Source of the DNA: a virus
Taxonomy: Duplodnaviria; Caudoviricetes
Virus record (IMG/VR): IMGVR_UViG_3300036852_000068
Coordinates: 1-54,848 of that record
Reading direction: 5' to 3' (one strand)
Length of the DNA stretch: 54,848 nt
Position 1 is the first letter of the stretch. Every line of letters starts with the position of its first letter. The notes beneath the pieces were generated by a model. The model ran no database searches. It saw only the letters and a program-made list of their open reading frames with translations, and was not told the DNA's origin. A program made the translations under genes and the position numbers. This document shows, piece after piece, positions 26,054 through 35,369 of this stretch.

Positions 26054-27606
26054 GCGGTTCTTTGTTCTGCTGAAGCAATAAAGATGCGGCGTTCCGCGCT
26101 TACAACAGAAGCTTCCAGTTCTTTAATTAACACAATCCGGCCTTCATTGTAAACATTAAATATTCTCGGCTCAGTGGAAATATCGACTAAATCAACGGGG
26201 CTTAGTAAGCGGGCCGCGTTGCCTGTTACCACGGCGACGCTTAAAGAAGCGGCTACAACGGAAATAATGGCAGCCCCTGACCCTGAGACTGCGGCCATGC
26301 CCACCGATAAGCCAACGCTGCCCTCTGCCCCAGCAACTCCGTCAACAATCGAAACACCGATAGACGAACCATTGGCCCAGTGTATCTCTGAGCCGATGAA
26401 AGACTCTGAAGCTGCACCGGCGGCTTGTGCTTGTGTCTGAGCAAATGCAGCCGCTAGATAATTTGTGACCGCGATTCCTGTAGCTTCACCAAGAGATTCA
26501 GCAAAGGAAACGAACACTCCGCTAACCTGTGATTCGCCGGTGCTCTGTCCAGTCCCGATGGATGTAGCTTCAAGTACAAAGCTCGACGTACTAACACCAG
26601 CAGAAAGTCCCTCGCCAATCGCAAACCCGACTGCGATGCCGTCAACGTTTGCCGATCCGTCTGCACTGGCAACGCCAAGCGCATCTGCTGTTAATACTCC
26701 GCTGACACTCGATACACCCTCTGATTGGGCTGTTCCTGCCGCTGTGCTTGCGCCTAAGCCGTCTGTAGTTGAAAGCCCAGCACTATCGCCAACTGCGCCC
26801 CAAATGGCCGCGCTAAGGCCGTCTGACGCAGCGACACCACTGGAACTACCCACGGCAGAAGTAAAGGCTGCCGCAACCGCTGAACCTCCCGTTGTGCCCG
26901 ATGCCGAGGCCGTAGAAGACGCTGTAGCTGCACCAACAACCGAAGAGGCCGCAAGACCAGCACTCGCGCCGACTGTCTCCCGGATGAATGAGATCGTTGT
27001 AGTGAATTCAAACCACGGATTATTCGCTGCCGTCGTGGAAGTGTCTTCAGGGAGATCGGTAGCATTATCATTTCCGTAGCTGAGAGTGATATTCCGGCTT
27101 ATGCTTGTAGCAGATCGAAAACCCCACTCAATGACAAGGTAATCACCGTCACTCACCGCCACGGATGACAAAGTAATTGACGCGTTTTCTGCTGCGTCCT
27201 TAAACTGCGCGTTTGTCAGACTTATAACTAATTCATTTCCCGCCGTAGCAGAGTCACTGGCTGTCTGAGCTAACAAGACGCCGCGATCCGTGCCATCAGG
27301 TTTGATAACTTTGACGGCCATCGCCAAGGTTGCGTTCGCCCCAGCGTTACTCTCAGAGCCGCGCATCTGACCTTTAACTGAACCGTTAATTGTTTGTGCT
27401 TTGAGTGGGCCAATGATCGTCCGGCCCATCGCACGCGCGGTAGGATTAGTCGTTCCGGTGGCTTCCGTCTTGGAAGTCATCGCGGAACCGGAATTCTTTA
27501 CTAGAGTTCCCGGAAGCGAAACGGGGTTGATCTGAACGGCAAAATTCCACGAGGACGGAGTTATGTCAGGCGTTCCCTCAGAGCGCACATAGATGCGCGT
27601 TGCCAT
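26050..27606 (-). CDS. Ala/Ser/Gly-rich repetitive virion appendage protein
   Basis: About 200-aa globular N-terminus followed by low-complexity G.S.G.A/S repeats. Confidence 0.65.
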   Translation of the reverse strand: MATRIYVRSEGTPDITPSSWNFAVQINPVSLPGTLVKNSGSAMTSKTEATGTTNPTARAMGRTIIGPLKAQTINGSVKGQMRGSESNAGANATLAMAVKVIKPDGTDRGVLLAQTASDSATAGNELVISLTNAQFKDAAENASITLSSVAVSDGDYLVIEWGFRSATSISRNITLSYGNDNATDLPEDTSTTAANNPWFEFTTTISFIRETVGASAGLAASSVVGAATASSTASASGTTGGSAVAAAFTSAVGSSSGVAASDGLSAAIWGAVGDSAGLSTTDGLGASTAAGTAQSEGVSSVSGVLTADALGVASADGSANVDGIAVGFAIGEGLSAGVSTSSFVLEATSIGTGQSTGESQVSGVFVSFAESLGEATGIAVTNYLAAAFAQTQAQAAGAASESFIGSEIHWANGSSIGVSIVDGVAGAEGSVGLSVGMAAVSGSGAAIISVVAASLSVAVVTGNAARLLSPVDLVDISTEPRIFNVYNEGRIVLIKELEASVVSAERRIFIASAEQRTA

Positions 27607-28034
27607 TAGTCCTCAGTGATTGTTGATGCGGTGGTAATTCGCGGTGTGATGCCGTTACCCATTGCGATGTTTGGCGTGAGCGTTCCTGAGTACAAGAGCT
27701 TCCCGGCCCCTGATGATGCCGTGCCAACACCAAAATGAGTTGCTGTTCCCGTTCCCCCCGTGCCTGCCGGGAAGTCTATGTTTGCCGCTGGACTGACGGA
27801 GTTATTCGTTACCGTCCAACCCCCTGAAGTTCGAGCTACCGCAACACGAGCATAGCCTGTATAAGTCGCTTCGCTGGTTGATTGGTCACCAGCCTCACCC
27901 GGATCGGCGGTATGAAGGGAAACGTAGAGATTAGTTGCCGGTGAGGTTGTGTCGTTCTCTGCTAAATCGTTGATCGTCGTCGCGTTAAAAATCAGCTTCA
28001 GCAGATCATTTTCGAAGACATTCGATTTTGACAT
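27606..28034 (-). CDS. Conserved virion structural protein (LYVSLHTADPGE family)
   Basis: LYVSLHTADPGE...YTGYARVAV...IDFP...THFGVG motif. Confidence 0.75.
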   Translation of the reverse strand: MSKSNVFENDLLKLIFNATTINDLAENDTTSPATNLYVSLHTADPGEAGDQSTSEATYTGYARVAVARTSGGWTVTNNSVSPAANIDFPAGTGGTGTATHFGVGTASSGAGKLLYSGTLTPNIAMGNGITPRITTASTITED

Positions 28035-28167
28035 GGTAAAATAAGCTTATGGCCCAACGACCTAATACTTCTAATTTACCCCATTCACCCGTCAATAGAA
28101 ATAGCCCTGTCGAGAATCCGAGAACTTGAACCAGCAGGTTAAGGTGTTGCCCTTAGACATTAGATTC

Positions 28168-28365
28168 CTATCGAATCACCCCAAAGACATAAGATTGTGA
28201 AGCAGTAGGCGTGATAGCCGAGAGCGTCACATTGCAGAAATTAATGCCTACTTGATTTTCCCCGCTTGCCCTTACTCCGGCGATTCCCAGCCCCGCTTGT
28301 GCCGTAGGCTTGTTAACGAAAACAACATCACCTGCGGTTACTGTGACTTTCTCTAGCTCGGTCAT
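28168..28365 (-). CDS. Small virion protein
   Basis: ATGA overlap with upstream gene; beta-rich 65 aa. Confidence 0.55.
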   Translation of the reverse strand: MTELEKVTVTAGDVVFVNKPTAQAGLGIAGVRASGENQVGINFCNVTLSAITPTASQSYVFGVIR

Positions 28366-29084
28366 AGCGCTTGTAAGTCAACCCAAACATCGTTCTGCTT
28401 TTGGAACAATTTGCCAGCACCATCCACAAACGAAATGTAAATCGAGCCGTCCGCAATAGTGCTATCGGCTCCGACTTGCGCAACGATTCCCGCATCATCC
28501 GTAGCCGCACCGAAAAAGATTCCACCCGGATCGCCACCAACAACAGTCAGCCGCGCGAAACCTTTTAGTGGCACTCCCGCATTGAAACCATCATGCGCTT
28601 CCTTGTGACCGTCAATGACATAATCAAACCCTGCGCCTGCGGTGGAGTTCAAATGATCGATTGCAAAGGCCGCGCGGGCATTTACTGCTCCTGAATCGCC
28701 ACCAATAACTGAGACCACACCAGCATCGGCATTATCGGAGTCTTCCCCGACTTCTGCGATTACCGCAGCCAGCGGATAAGTGGTGGCACGAGCGCCGCCA
28801 ACAGAAAGTTTGGCAATCAGCGGAGCAAGATAATTCTTGGTCTTGGTAAGCGCATTACCAATGAGATTGAACATCGCCGTGCCGATATATGCACTATCGC
28901 CAGCCGCAGATGTTCCCACGCCGACTGCGACTTCCAGATCGGCTTGAACGAGTTGATACGAATCCTCTGTCCCATCATACGGATCGGTTACGACGATAAG
29001 CGCCTTGCCCTTGGTGACTTTGACCTTAGCGTTATACTCGCCGTCAATCAGGATGTTCGTATTGCCGCGCTTGATTCCAGGCAT
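28362..29084 (-). CDS. Putative head-associated structural protein
   Basis: AAGGAG RBS; Gly/Ala-rich; GSIYI...LFQK C-terminal motif. Confidence 0.6.
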   Translation of the reverse strand: MPGIKRGNTNILIDGEYNAKVKVTKGKALIVVTDPYDGTEDSYQLVQADLEVAVGVGTSAAGDSAYIGTAMFNLIGNALTKTKNYLAPLIAKLSVGGARATTYPLAAVIAEVGEDSDNADAGVVSVIGGDSGAVNARAAFAIDHLNSTAGAGFDYVIDGHKEAHDGFNAGVPLKGFARLTVVGGDPGGIFFGAATDDAGIVAQVGADSTIADGSIYISFVDGAGKLFQKQNDVWVDLQAL

Positions 29085-29087
29085 TGG

Positions 29088-29414
29088 CTACTCCTTACCT
29101 TCTAACGCTTCAACCAGTTCGGCCTTCTTCATGCTGTCCGCGCCCTCAACGCCTTGCTCGTTTGCGGCTTCTCTCAGTTCCGCAACGGTCATCGAGGCGT
29201 ATTTGCTTCCCGGCGCTTTAGCAAGATGCTTCCAGTCACCGGTTAGATCGCCACGCTCTACTGCGGCATCCAACTGCTCCTGAGACATTGCTGCTGCTAG
29301 CTCATCCTCCATGCCGGGAGTGAATACCTTAGCAACTTTCTCATTGCCCGTAGCTTCTTGAAGCACCGGCATACGAATACCATGTACAATTTCTCTGTTA
29401 TCCTTCGCCATCAA
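29088..29414 (-). CDS. Rho-N / HeH-domain protein after the capsid gene
   Basis: MTVAELREAA...G..SMKKAELVEAL. Confidence 0.75.
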   Translation of the reverse strand: MMAKDNREIVHGIRMPVLQEATGNEKVAKVFTPGMEDELAAAMSQEQLDAAVERGDLTGDWKHLAKAPGSKYASMTVAELREAANEQGVEGADSMKKAELVEALEGKE

Positions 29415-29420
29415 AGCCTC

Positions 29421-30473
29421 CTAGGTTACAAGCGTGTTTTCAACAAACAGCTTCTGCTCGTTCGGAATAGTAAAGGGGTTGCACTGCACGTCAACTTTAA
29501 GCTCTTTGCCGGTGTTTGACTCGTCGTAATAGACGGTCATCCCATTCTGGTCAATCCCGGCGGCGGGGAGTGCGCGAGCTAATTCCATTGCGCGGGTAAC
29601 CGGGGCAAAGGCTGTGCGACCTACACGCCCACCTTGAGGAACAGCAGCAATACGGCCCGCAGGCCATACGTTAGCTGCGCTGGTAGCCGTGCCGCCATCG
29701 GTGAACGGCTCAAGCGTGTCGTCAAAGAGGTAGAAGGTAAACGGGTAGCCAATGTCGTCCGAGATGCGCTGGGCCAGTTGCGCGCGCGTCATTGAGACGC
29801 CGCCAAGAAGGTCAGGAGCGTCGGCTTGAATGGCGCGGAGAAGGGCAATGCGGAGGACAACGCCTTGAATCGGGCCAACCGCGTCAACCGCATCCTCAAG
29901 CCATGAGATTAGAGTTGCATAAGCATCAACGCCGGGGTCATTCCATGCAGTTGCAGCGGTGGTAAGCCGCGTTGCATCAAAACCGAATGAGACTTGATGC
30001 GTTGAGCCAGTCTGCGGATTCTTCGCGGTAACAACGCCGGTGGCCCATGCAGTGAAGGCGTCTACTTCAATGCGGCGATAGTTGGCTTGAACAATCTGCG
30101 ACACCTTGCCGGGAATTGAGCGGCCAAGGATTTGATCAATAGCGGCAGAGTTCGCATTCGCCCGCTCATTCATCTTCTGCATCTCGTACTCGCCCCACTT
30201 GTAGTAGCCCTCAACCGGGACGATACGGAGGTTGCGAATGTCAGGCGTCTTGTCGGGAATTAACCGGCCCGGCGAGTTCCATTCGCGTCTGTCCGAAACA
30301 GGGCGAAAGTCCAGCGTGGTAACTTCGTTCAGGTCAACTGAATCGACGTTCTCACGCGGGAAAAAGACGTCCCATTTCAACTCACCTAAGTTATTAGGCG
30401 ACATGGTTTGCGCCATCACCGTCAATGCGGCGGGCGACAAATCTTCAACTACTGGAATTAAGCTTCTAGGCAT
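29421..30473 (-). CDS. Major capsid protein (lambda gpE-like HK97 fold)
   Basis: 350 aa; follows scaffold and decoration genes; FFP N-terminal motif, RRIE...A.ATG; AAGGAG RBS. Confidence 0.85.
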   Translation of the reverse strand: MPRSLIPVVEDLSPAALTVMAQTMSPNNLGELKWDVFFPRENVDSVDLNEVTTLDFRPVSDRREWNSPGRLIPDKTPDIRNLRIVPVEGYYKWGEYEMQKMNERANANSAAIDQILGRSIPGKVSQIVQANYRRIEVDAFTAWATGVVTAKNPQTGSTHQVSFGFDATRLTTAATAWNDPGVDAYATLISWLEDAVDAVGPIQGVVLRIALLRAIQADAPDLLGGVSMTRAQLAQRISDDIGYPFTFYLFDDTLEPFTDGGTATSAANVWPAGRIAAVPQGGRVGRTAFAPVTRAMELARALPAAGIDQNGMTVYYDESNTGKELKVDVQCNPFTIPNEQKLFVENTLVT

Positions 30474-30484
30474 CGGTCAACTCC

Positions 30485-30904
30485 TTAGGTGTTGGTCAGA
30501 TGAATCATTGAACCTGCGGCATTGAATGCAGCCAGTTCGTCAGCAGTGTATGCGCGGCCCATGTTGTCTTCCGCTACGTCGCGGTTGACTTCGCCGATAG
30601 TGCCCATGCCGACAGGGATAGTAGCTGTGTCGGCCGCAAGACTCGCGTTCGTCGGCGGAATCGTCGCATGGTTAATCGGAATCGGCTCAGGATTGACCGC
30701 GTAGATAAACTCACCCGCAGTGCCGTCGGCTAATGTGCCGTCCTTTTTGAACGGAACACCCGGAATTAGATAGCCGTCAGCATCTACTTCAGCGGTGGTC
30801 AGTTCCGAAATGTCTACGACAACTTGCTGTAGGCCGAGAACCTTACCCACGAACGGGTGGCCATAGCCCGTGGTTCCTGCGGTTTTCTTTACATTTAAAG
30901 GCAT
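30485..30904 (-). CDS. Head decoration protein
   Basis: 139 aa between scaffold and capsid genes; GYLIPGVP motif. Confidence 0.7.
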   Translation of the reverse strand: MPLNVKKTAGTTGYGHPFVGKVLGLQQVVVDISELTTAEVDADGYLIPGVPFKKDGTLADGTAGEFIYAVNPEPIPINHATIPPTNASLAADTATIPVGMGTIGEVNRDVAEDNMGRAYTADELAAFNAAGSMIHLTNT

Positions 30905-30913
30905 GATTGTCTC

Positions 30914-31654
30914 CTAGGCTGTTTTCTGAATGCCGAACCGCTGCTCAACCGCACTGGGCGGCAAAGCGGCCTTCTCGACTTCCTGTACCGACTTGCGAAT
31001 GTTAGCGAAAATGTCAGTCGAAGGTGGTGCGTTGTCACGCCATTGTTCCGGCGCGTAGACCCCGCTTCTGGTTTTCAATGACGCGATAAACGGCGCAATT
31101 GATGGCAACGACTCAATGAACTCTTGTGGTTTCTCCGTAACCGTATCGCCTTCCTTAACCTTAGCGACAACAGTTTCTTTGCCATCCTTGGTTTTGATTT
31201 CGAAATCAGGAAGGTTAGAGAGAAGCACAAACGCCTCAACATTATCGTAGTTGAGAATCTTTGCAACCTTGCGCAGATGATCCTCACGCTTGCGCCCTTC
31301 AGATTCTTCCTTGAGCGTCTTGTGCTCAGCGAGCTTGGCGGTCACCTCTGTGCCTGTGCCATGAGCTTTGATTTGCTCAAGTAGTTCAGCGTCAGCAACC
31401 GGAACTGCGCGATGACCACGCGGTAAGCCGCTGGATGCGCGGGCCGTTTCAAGCTGAGCCTTAGTTGCTGAAACTTCCGTCAACGCATTGGCCGCTTTAG
31501 CTTCGGCGGCGTCTTTCTCAGTCAGCAACTTGGCGTTATTAGCCTTCACCGGGTGATCATCAGAAATCTCCGGCACGTAACGGCCTTCGATGAGCTTGTA
31601 GTGCTCGCGCAATGCCTCGGGTACGTCTTCGAGCTTGTTGTAGATGGTTAGCAT
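30914..31654 (-). CDS. Capsid scaffolding protein
   Basis: LEDVPEALREHY...GRYV N-terminus, coiled coil, N.KLL.EK. Confidence 0.8.
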   Translation of the reverse strand: MLTIYNKLEDVPEALREHYKLIEGRYVPEISDDHPVKANNAKLLTEKDAAEAKAANALTEVSATKAQLETARASSGLPRGHRAVPVADAELLEQIKAHGTGTEVTAKLAEHKTLKEESEGRKREDHLRKVAKILNYDNVEAFVLLSNLPDFEIKTKDGKETVVAKVKEGDTVTEKPQEFIESLPSIAPFIASLKTRSGVYAPEQWRDNAPPSTDIFANIRKSVQEVEKAALPPSAVEQRFGIQKTA

Positions 31655-31683
31655 AATTTAAATTCCGCTTGTCTTAGCGGTCT

Positions 31684-31725
31684 AAAAAAAAGGCCCGCCA
31701 ACTCTCTTCTTGAGAATTAGCAGGC
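31684..31725 (-). terminator. Intrinsic terminator-like hairpin just upstream of the scaffold gene
   Basis: 14-bp stem GCCTGCTAATTCTC/GAGAGTTGGCGGGC, 5-nt loop, then C and T8 on the minus strand. Confidence 0.65.
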
Positions 31726-32037
31726 GGTTCGCGGTCATGTCTCTGCCGCGCATGGCTTGCTGGCCTAAGTGTCAAAACGGCTGGCTGGGGCTTCGCTTCC
31801 CTTTGACCGTTTTCTATCAGACGGCTTCCTTGAGCCGCCTTAATCGAATGATCTCCCGCGTTAAGTTGCGGATCGATTCATCGATCTCACGCCGGAGTTT
31901 AACGGAGTTTGATTCTGGATTGCAAGTATTATTTTCTATTGGGTGGTTGACGCGCTCATTTATACCGTCCCGGTTTAAGGCGGCACTGCCAGCACCCGCG
32001 ACTATTTTTCCCGCTACGATAGTGGCTTGGAGCGTGC

Positions 32038-32505
32038 TCATTTGTAAATTCCCAACTTGTAACAACGATCCGTGAACTGTCGCACCATTTCGCCGAGAGC
32101 ATAGCATAGCCGCTCTTCGGTACCATCGTTCGGTAGCACTCGGACTCGGACGTGATCAGAAGCGCGAAACGGGTTGTCATTAACGATTTCACTAATCGGT
32201 AACCGCGCTCGCCCGGCCCAGCTAAGTGCCGCATGGGTCATTTCATGGGCAATGCAACCAACACCTAGAAACCCTTTGTAGAAATTCAACTCAGCAAAGC
32301 AGCCAGTCTTGCGCCATTTTGATTTACTGGAGTAAGTATAAACCTCTTGCCCTGTACACGATGCTTCATGGTTTCGCTGAAGCGGTTTATATTGATACAT
32401 CGCTTTCTTAGTCGGCCAGATGTTCACGACAGCATAGAAGTACCGGCCTGCGGGATAGACGCGGAAGATTGCGAGAGGCTTGCTAGGTTTGCGCCGCTTG
32501 GTCAT
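32038..32505 (-). CDS. HExxH-motif hypothetical protein (possible metallopeptidase)
   Basis: IAHEMTHAA...EERLCY. Confidence 0.6.
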   Translation of the reverse strand: MTKRRKPSKPLAIFRVYPAGRYFYAVVNIWPTKKAMYQYKPLQRNHEASCTGQEVYTYSSKSKWRKTGCFAELNFYKGFLGVGCIAHEMTHAALSWAGRARLPISEIVNDNPFRASDHVRVRVLPNDGTEERLCYALGEMVRQFTDRCYKLGIYK

Positions 32506-32523
32506 TCTCTGCTACTTGGAAAC

Positions 32524-32820
32524 TTACGGTTCATCTTCAACGTCGTCAACTGCAACTGAGGAAATGACTACAAACCGCTTGCCGTCCATGGAAATACTAA
32601 TCTCTTCTGAGTGGATGAGCCGCCCAGCCGCGTTGAGAGTCTTGAGTCTTTCTTCAAGCAATTCAATGTCTCCGAATTCAACCTTCCATTGCTGGTCTAT
32701 TGGAGTTGGCGAGGGTGAAGGATTAACTTGAGCGCGGTTGTTACGCATGTCTGTAAGCAAAAGAAAGTAACCTGAAAACAGCAGAACTATTATCACCATC
32801 AGCAGAACGCGTTTAATCAT
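32524..32820 (-). CDS. Membrane-anchored protein with PSPSPTP linker
   Basis: N-terminal TM helix; ATGA overlap with portal. Confidence 0.6.
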   Translation of the reverse strand: MIKRVLLMVIIVLLFSGYFLLLTDMRNNRAQVNPSPSPTPIDQQWKVEFGDIELLEERLKTLNAAGRLIHSEEISISMDGKRFVVISSVAVDDVEDEP

Positions 32821-34436
32821 TGCACAATCTCCGTATCCCCGTTCACAGGTGGTTGCACCGTCGGGATAGGCGACGGTGACGGTTCAGGTGCTTCTGCTTT
32901 CTCAGTACGGATTCGCTCAAGCTCTCCGTCAGTATCTTCCACAGCGTTGCGGCTCATAGCCGTCTCAATGCTTAGCAGTCCGGCCTCAACATCTTTCCGG
33001 TTCTCCTGCCTATCGAGCACGTCTACCGGCCCATCATCAATGATTGAATTGAACTCGCAGCGCAGGTTGATGAACTTAGCTGTCTGGCCGCAAAGCTGAG
33101 CACCTAAGCGCACCCCTGTTTCCGTCGCCCAGCGTCCAGCATCATCAATTACTTCCTTTGAGAGCATTAGACTGGATTTGAATTCAGCACGGGCCTGTTC
33201 ACGGCTGCGACCGGAGGCGGTTGCATCACCGGAGATCATGATGTGAAGTTGCTGAGCTTGACCATGCATGGCTTCGCGAAGGTCGGCACGGGTTTTAATG
33301 AACGTTGCTACGTCTACAGGTTGACGGAACGAGATATTGGGATTTGCTCGGCCTACAACCTCGCCGTCGTCGTTACGAATTAACAGACCAGCAAGAAACA
33401 TCGTTGCGCCTGCGCCGGTTTCATACTCAGCGTCCCTAATCTCTTCATGGTAGCCTAAAGCAGAATCGTCGTTGACTCTCACGGTTCGCTTTGGCCGCTC
33501 AGCATTGAAGACGGTACGTTCGAGATTACCGGCAAGGTTGACATTGCGCATCATAGAAGTGAGGTTGAGATTCAATGCCTTCTGAGTTGAGCGGATTTGC
33601 TCTGTGATGAGCGGCTCACGGCGCAGTTCGTACATTAACAAGCGGCCACCTAACTCAAACGCAAAGTCCCTGCGCGCTTGGCCTTCGGTGAGTACGGTAA
33701 GAATGGTTAAGCCGCTTGCGTCAACGTAAGTTATCTCCGCACACTTCTTCTCATCCCGGTTCGTGTAGGAATAGACACCGAATTCTTCTTCAGTGTCTTC
33801 GTCAATGAATACGCCAGCTTTATCGGATGAGAGAATGCGCAGGCGGGGAACCATCAAGCCTGATACCAAGTCAGAAGCTTTGGGAATCTGACCGGTTGCG
33901 TCTCTTGTACCGGGAGGGAAAAAGAAGTTGAGGGTAACTGAGTCGTCCAGCAGCGCGCCGCGCAATGCGTCCTTCAAATTGTTACGCACTCGCCGTTTGT
34001 CCCACCATTGCGTAGTTGCTTCGTCGGCTTCAGTTGCATCAGGATCGGTGGCTGGCTGTGAGGTGCTTTGATTAGGCAACACCGCATTGACCAGCTTACT
34101 GAACAGCCGTCGAATCCGCGTAGAGTTCTGTGTTGGAATATCAGCGGGTAAGAATCCCCAAACGCACTCACGGCCTAAGTTGCCAGCAATGTGGCGATCA
34201 ACTAACTCGCGGATGACGTTCTCGGAGATGAAGCCGGACTCAATCTCTTTTAATGTCTGCGAGCGGTAAGCAATTCCAGCAGGCGGAATCTGGCCCATGT
34301 AACCGGCAAACTCCTGCAAGTGGTCGCCATCGTAGAATTGACGGTTAACCTTTGCACCTTCAGAGCGTCGCTTGGTGAATAGATCAGCGGCCTTGTCAGG
34401 TGTTGTGATTTCTGAAAGTACGATTGGATTAGCCAA
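32817..34436 (-). CDS. Portal protein (SPP1-like)
   Basis: FYDGDH, N.I.E.VDR, ASG.SR, GLLSIETAM...E.ERI..E; TTG start at 34436 with GGAG RBS. Confidence 0.88.
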   Translation of the reverse strand: MANPIVLSEITTPDKAADLFTKRRSEGAKVNRQFYDGDHLQEFAGYMGQIPPAGIAYRSQTLKEIESGFISENVIRELVDRHIAGNLGRECVWGFLPADIPTQNSTRIRRLFSKLVNAVLPNQSTSQPATDPDATEADEATTQWWDKRRVRNNLKDALRGALLDDSVTLNFFFPPGTRDATGQIPKASDLVSGLMVPRLRILSSDKAGVFIDEDTEEEFGVYSYTNRDEKKCAEITYVDASGLTILTVLTEGQARRDFAFELGGRLLMYELRREPLITEQIRSTQKALNLNLTSMMRNVNLAGNLERTVFNAERPKRTVRVNDDSALGYHEEIRDAEYETGAGATMFLAGLLIRNDDGEVVGRANPNISFRQPVDVATFIKTRADLREAMHGQAQQLHIMISGDATASGRSREQARAEFKSSLMLSKEVIDDAGRWATETGVRLGAQLCGQTAKFINLRCEFNSIIDDGPVDVLDRQENRKDVEAGLLSIETAMSRNAVEDTDGELERIRTEKAEAPEPSPSPIPTVQPPVNGDTEIVQ

Positions 34437-34656
34437 TGAAATTCTCCGGTAAGTCACGGTTACATTTAGGACAGTTAGGCGGGGATTGTAGAAGCGAGCC
34501 GAAGTAAGCGAACCATCCGCACGCACACCGGGCAACTACAACGCTTACAAACGCAGGATCGACCTCAACAGAGCACTGCTCGCCATTATCGGTAGAGCCG
34601 TGAAGGCGAACGTGGCGCGGACTTTTAGAGACATAAGTTAGGTTAGTCAAGCGCAT
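34429..34656 (-). CDS. Small zinc-ribbon protein
   Basis: CACG...CPKC; overlaps portal start. Confidence 0.55.
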   Translation of the reverse strand: MRLTNLTYVSKSPRHVRLHGSTDNGEQCSVEVDPAFVSVVVARCACGWFAYFGSLLQSPPNCPKCNRDLPENFIG

Positions 34657-34657
34657 A

Positions 34658-34846
34658 CTAGTTTCGCCTCATCGCCGCATCAGCCACAAGGACTGCGCGT
34701 TTCACGTTCGCGGTCATCTTACGTAGCAAGTCGTCAAACAAGTTTTTGAAGACCAAGTTAAGCGCCAACTCACACCGCCCAAGGAGAACGAAGTCTGTTG
34801 GTTGTGATAAGCGGCGGCAGGCTTTGATGTTGTGACGGCGTTTCAT
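34658..34846 (-). CDS. Small basic protein with its own promoter
   Basis: ATG 34846 lies 10 nt after TTGAAC-17-TAGACT. Confidence 0.45.
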   Translation of the reverse strand: MKRRHNIKACRRLSQPTDFVLLGRCELALNLVFKNLFDDLLRKMTANVKRAVLVADAAMRRN

Positions 34847-34943
34847 CCTGCGGTGGAGTCTAACGCGAACCGGAGAATTGTTCAATTGGAATTTAAGCGG
34901 AACAAGCAGAACAACTATACCACGCTTAATAGAGCGGGGAGGG

Positions 34944-35078
34944 TTAGCTATCGGTCTTATCAACCCACTTCAATAGCCATCCTACACCATTGCAAAGCTG
35001 GCAGACATACCAACCGATGATGTCGTGGCCCTTTCTGCCTCGACCTTCGCACCAATGACATAGAACTTTAATAATCAT
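34944..35078 (-). CDS. 44-aa DnaJ-type zinc-finger mini-protein, leaderless (not in ORF track)
   Basis: MIIKVLCHWCEGRGRKGHDIIGWYVCQLCNGVGWLLKWVDKTDS: two CxxCxGxG motifs; promoter TTGAAC-17-TAAAGT-7-ATG. Confidence 0.65.
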   Translation of the reverse strand: MIIKVLCHWCEGRGRKGHDIIGWYVCQLCNGVGWLLKWVDKTDS

Positions 35079-35140
35079 AGCCGCTACTTTACGCTAAGCA
35101 CGGGAATTGTTCAATGAGTTTCTCTAATTTCCGGCATCGC

Positions 35141-35365
35141 TTACAGCGCCAGCGCAACGTCAGCCACTAAAATGAGCCGATCACAAACAGCGCAGTAAAT
35201 ATCTTCAAGACATCGCATTTCGTGAAGCTCATCAGCGTACACGGGAAACTCTCTATCCCACACGTTGCCCGTGCAATGCGCGTGAACAATCTCAGAATCT
35301 TCTCCGTGCCAAACTTGAAAGTAAGGTGGCTCAATTCCCTCGCGGAATGTGTAACTTGGCGTCAT
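35141..35365 (-). CDS. Hypothetical protein
   Basis: Directly after the large terminase; HxxC...CxxC. Confidence 0.55.
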   Translation of the reverse strand: MTPSYTFREGIEPPYFQVWHGEDSEIVHAHCTGNVWDREFPVYADELHEMRCLEDIYCAVCDRLILVADVALAL

Positions 35366-35369
35366 AGTT

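Noticed and set aside
26465-27079. 204-aa plus-strand ORF
   Set aside because: Antisense shadow of the low-complexity Ala/Ser/Gly gene.
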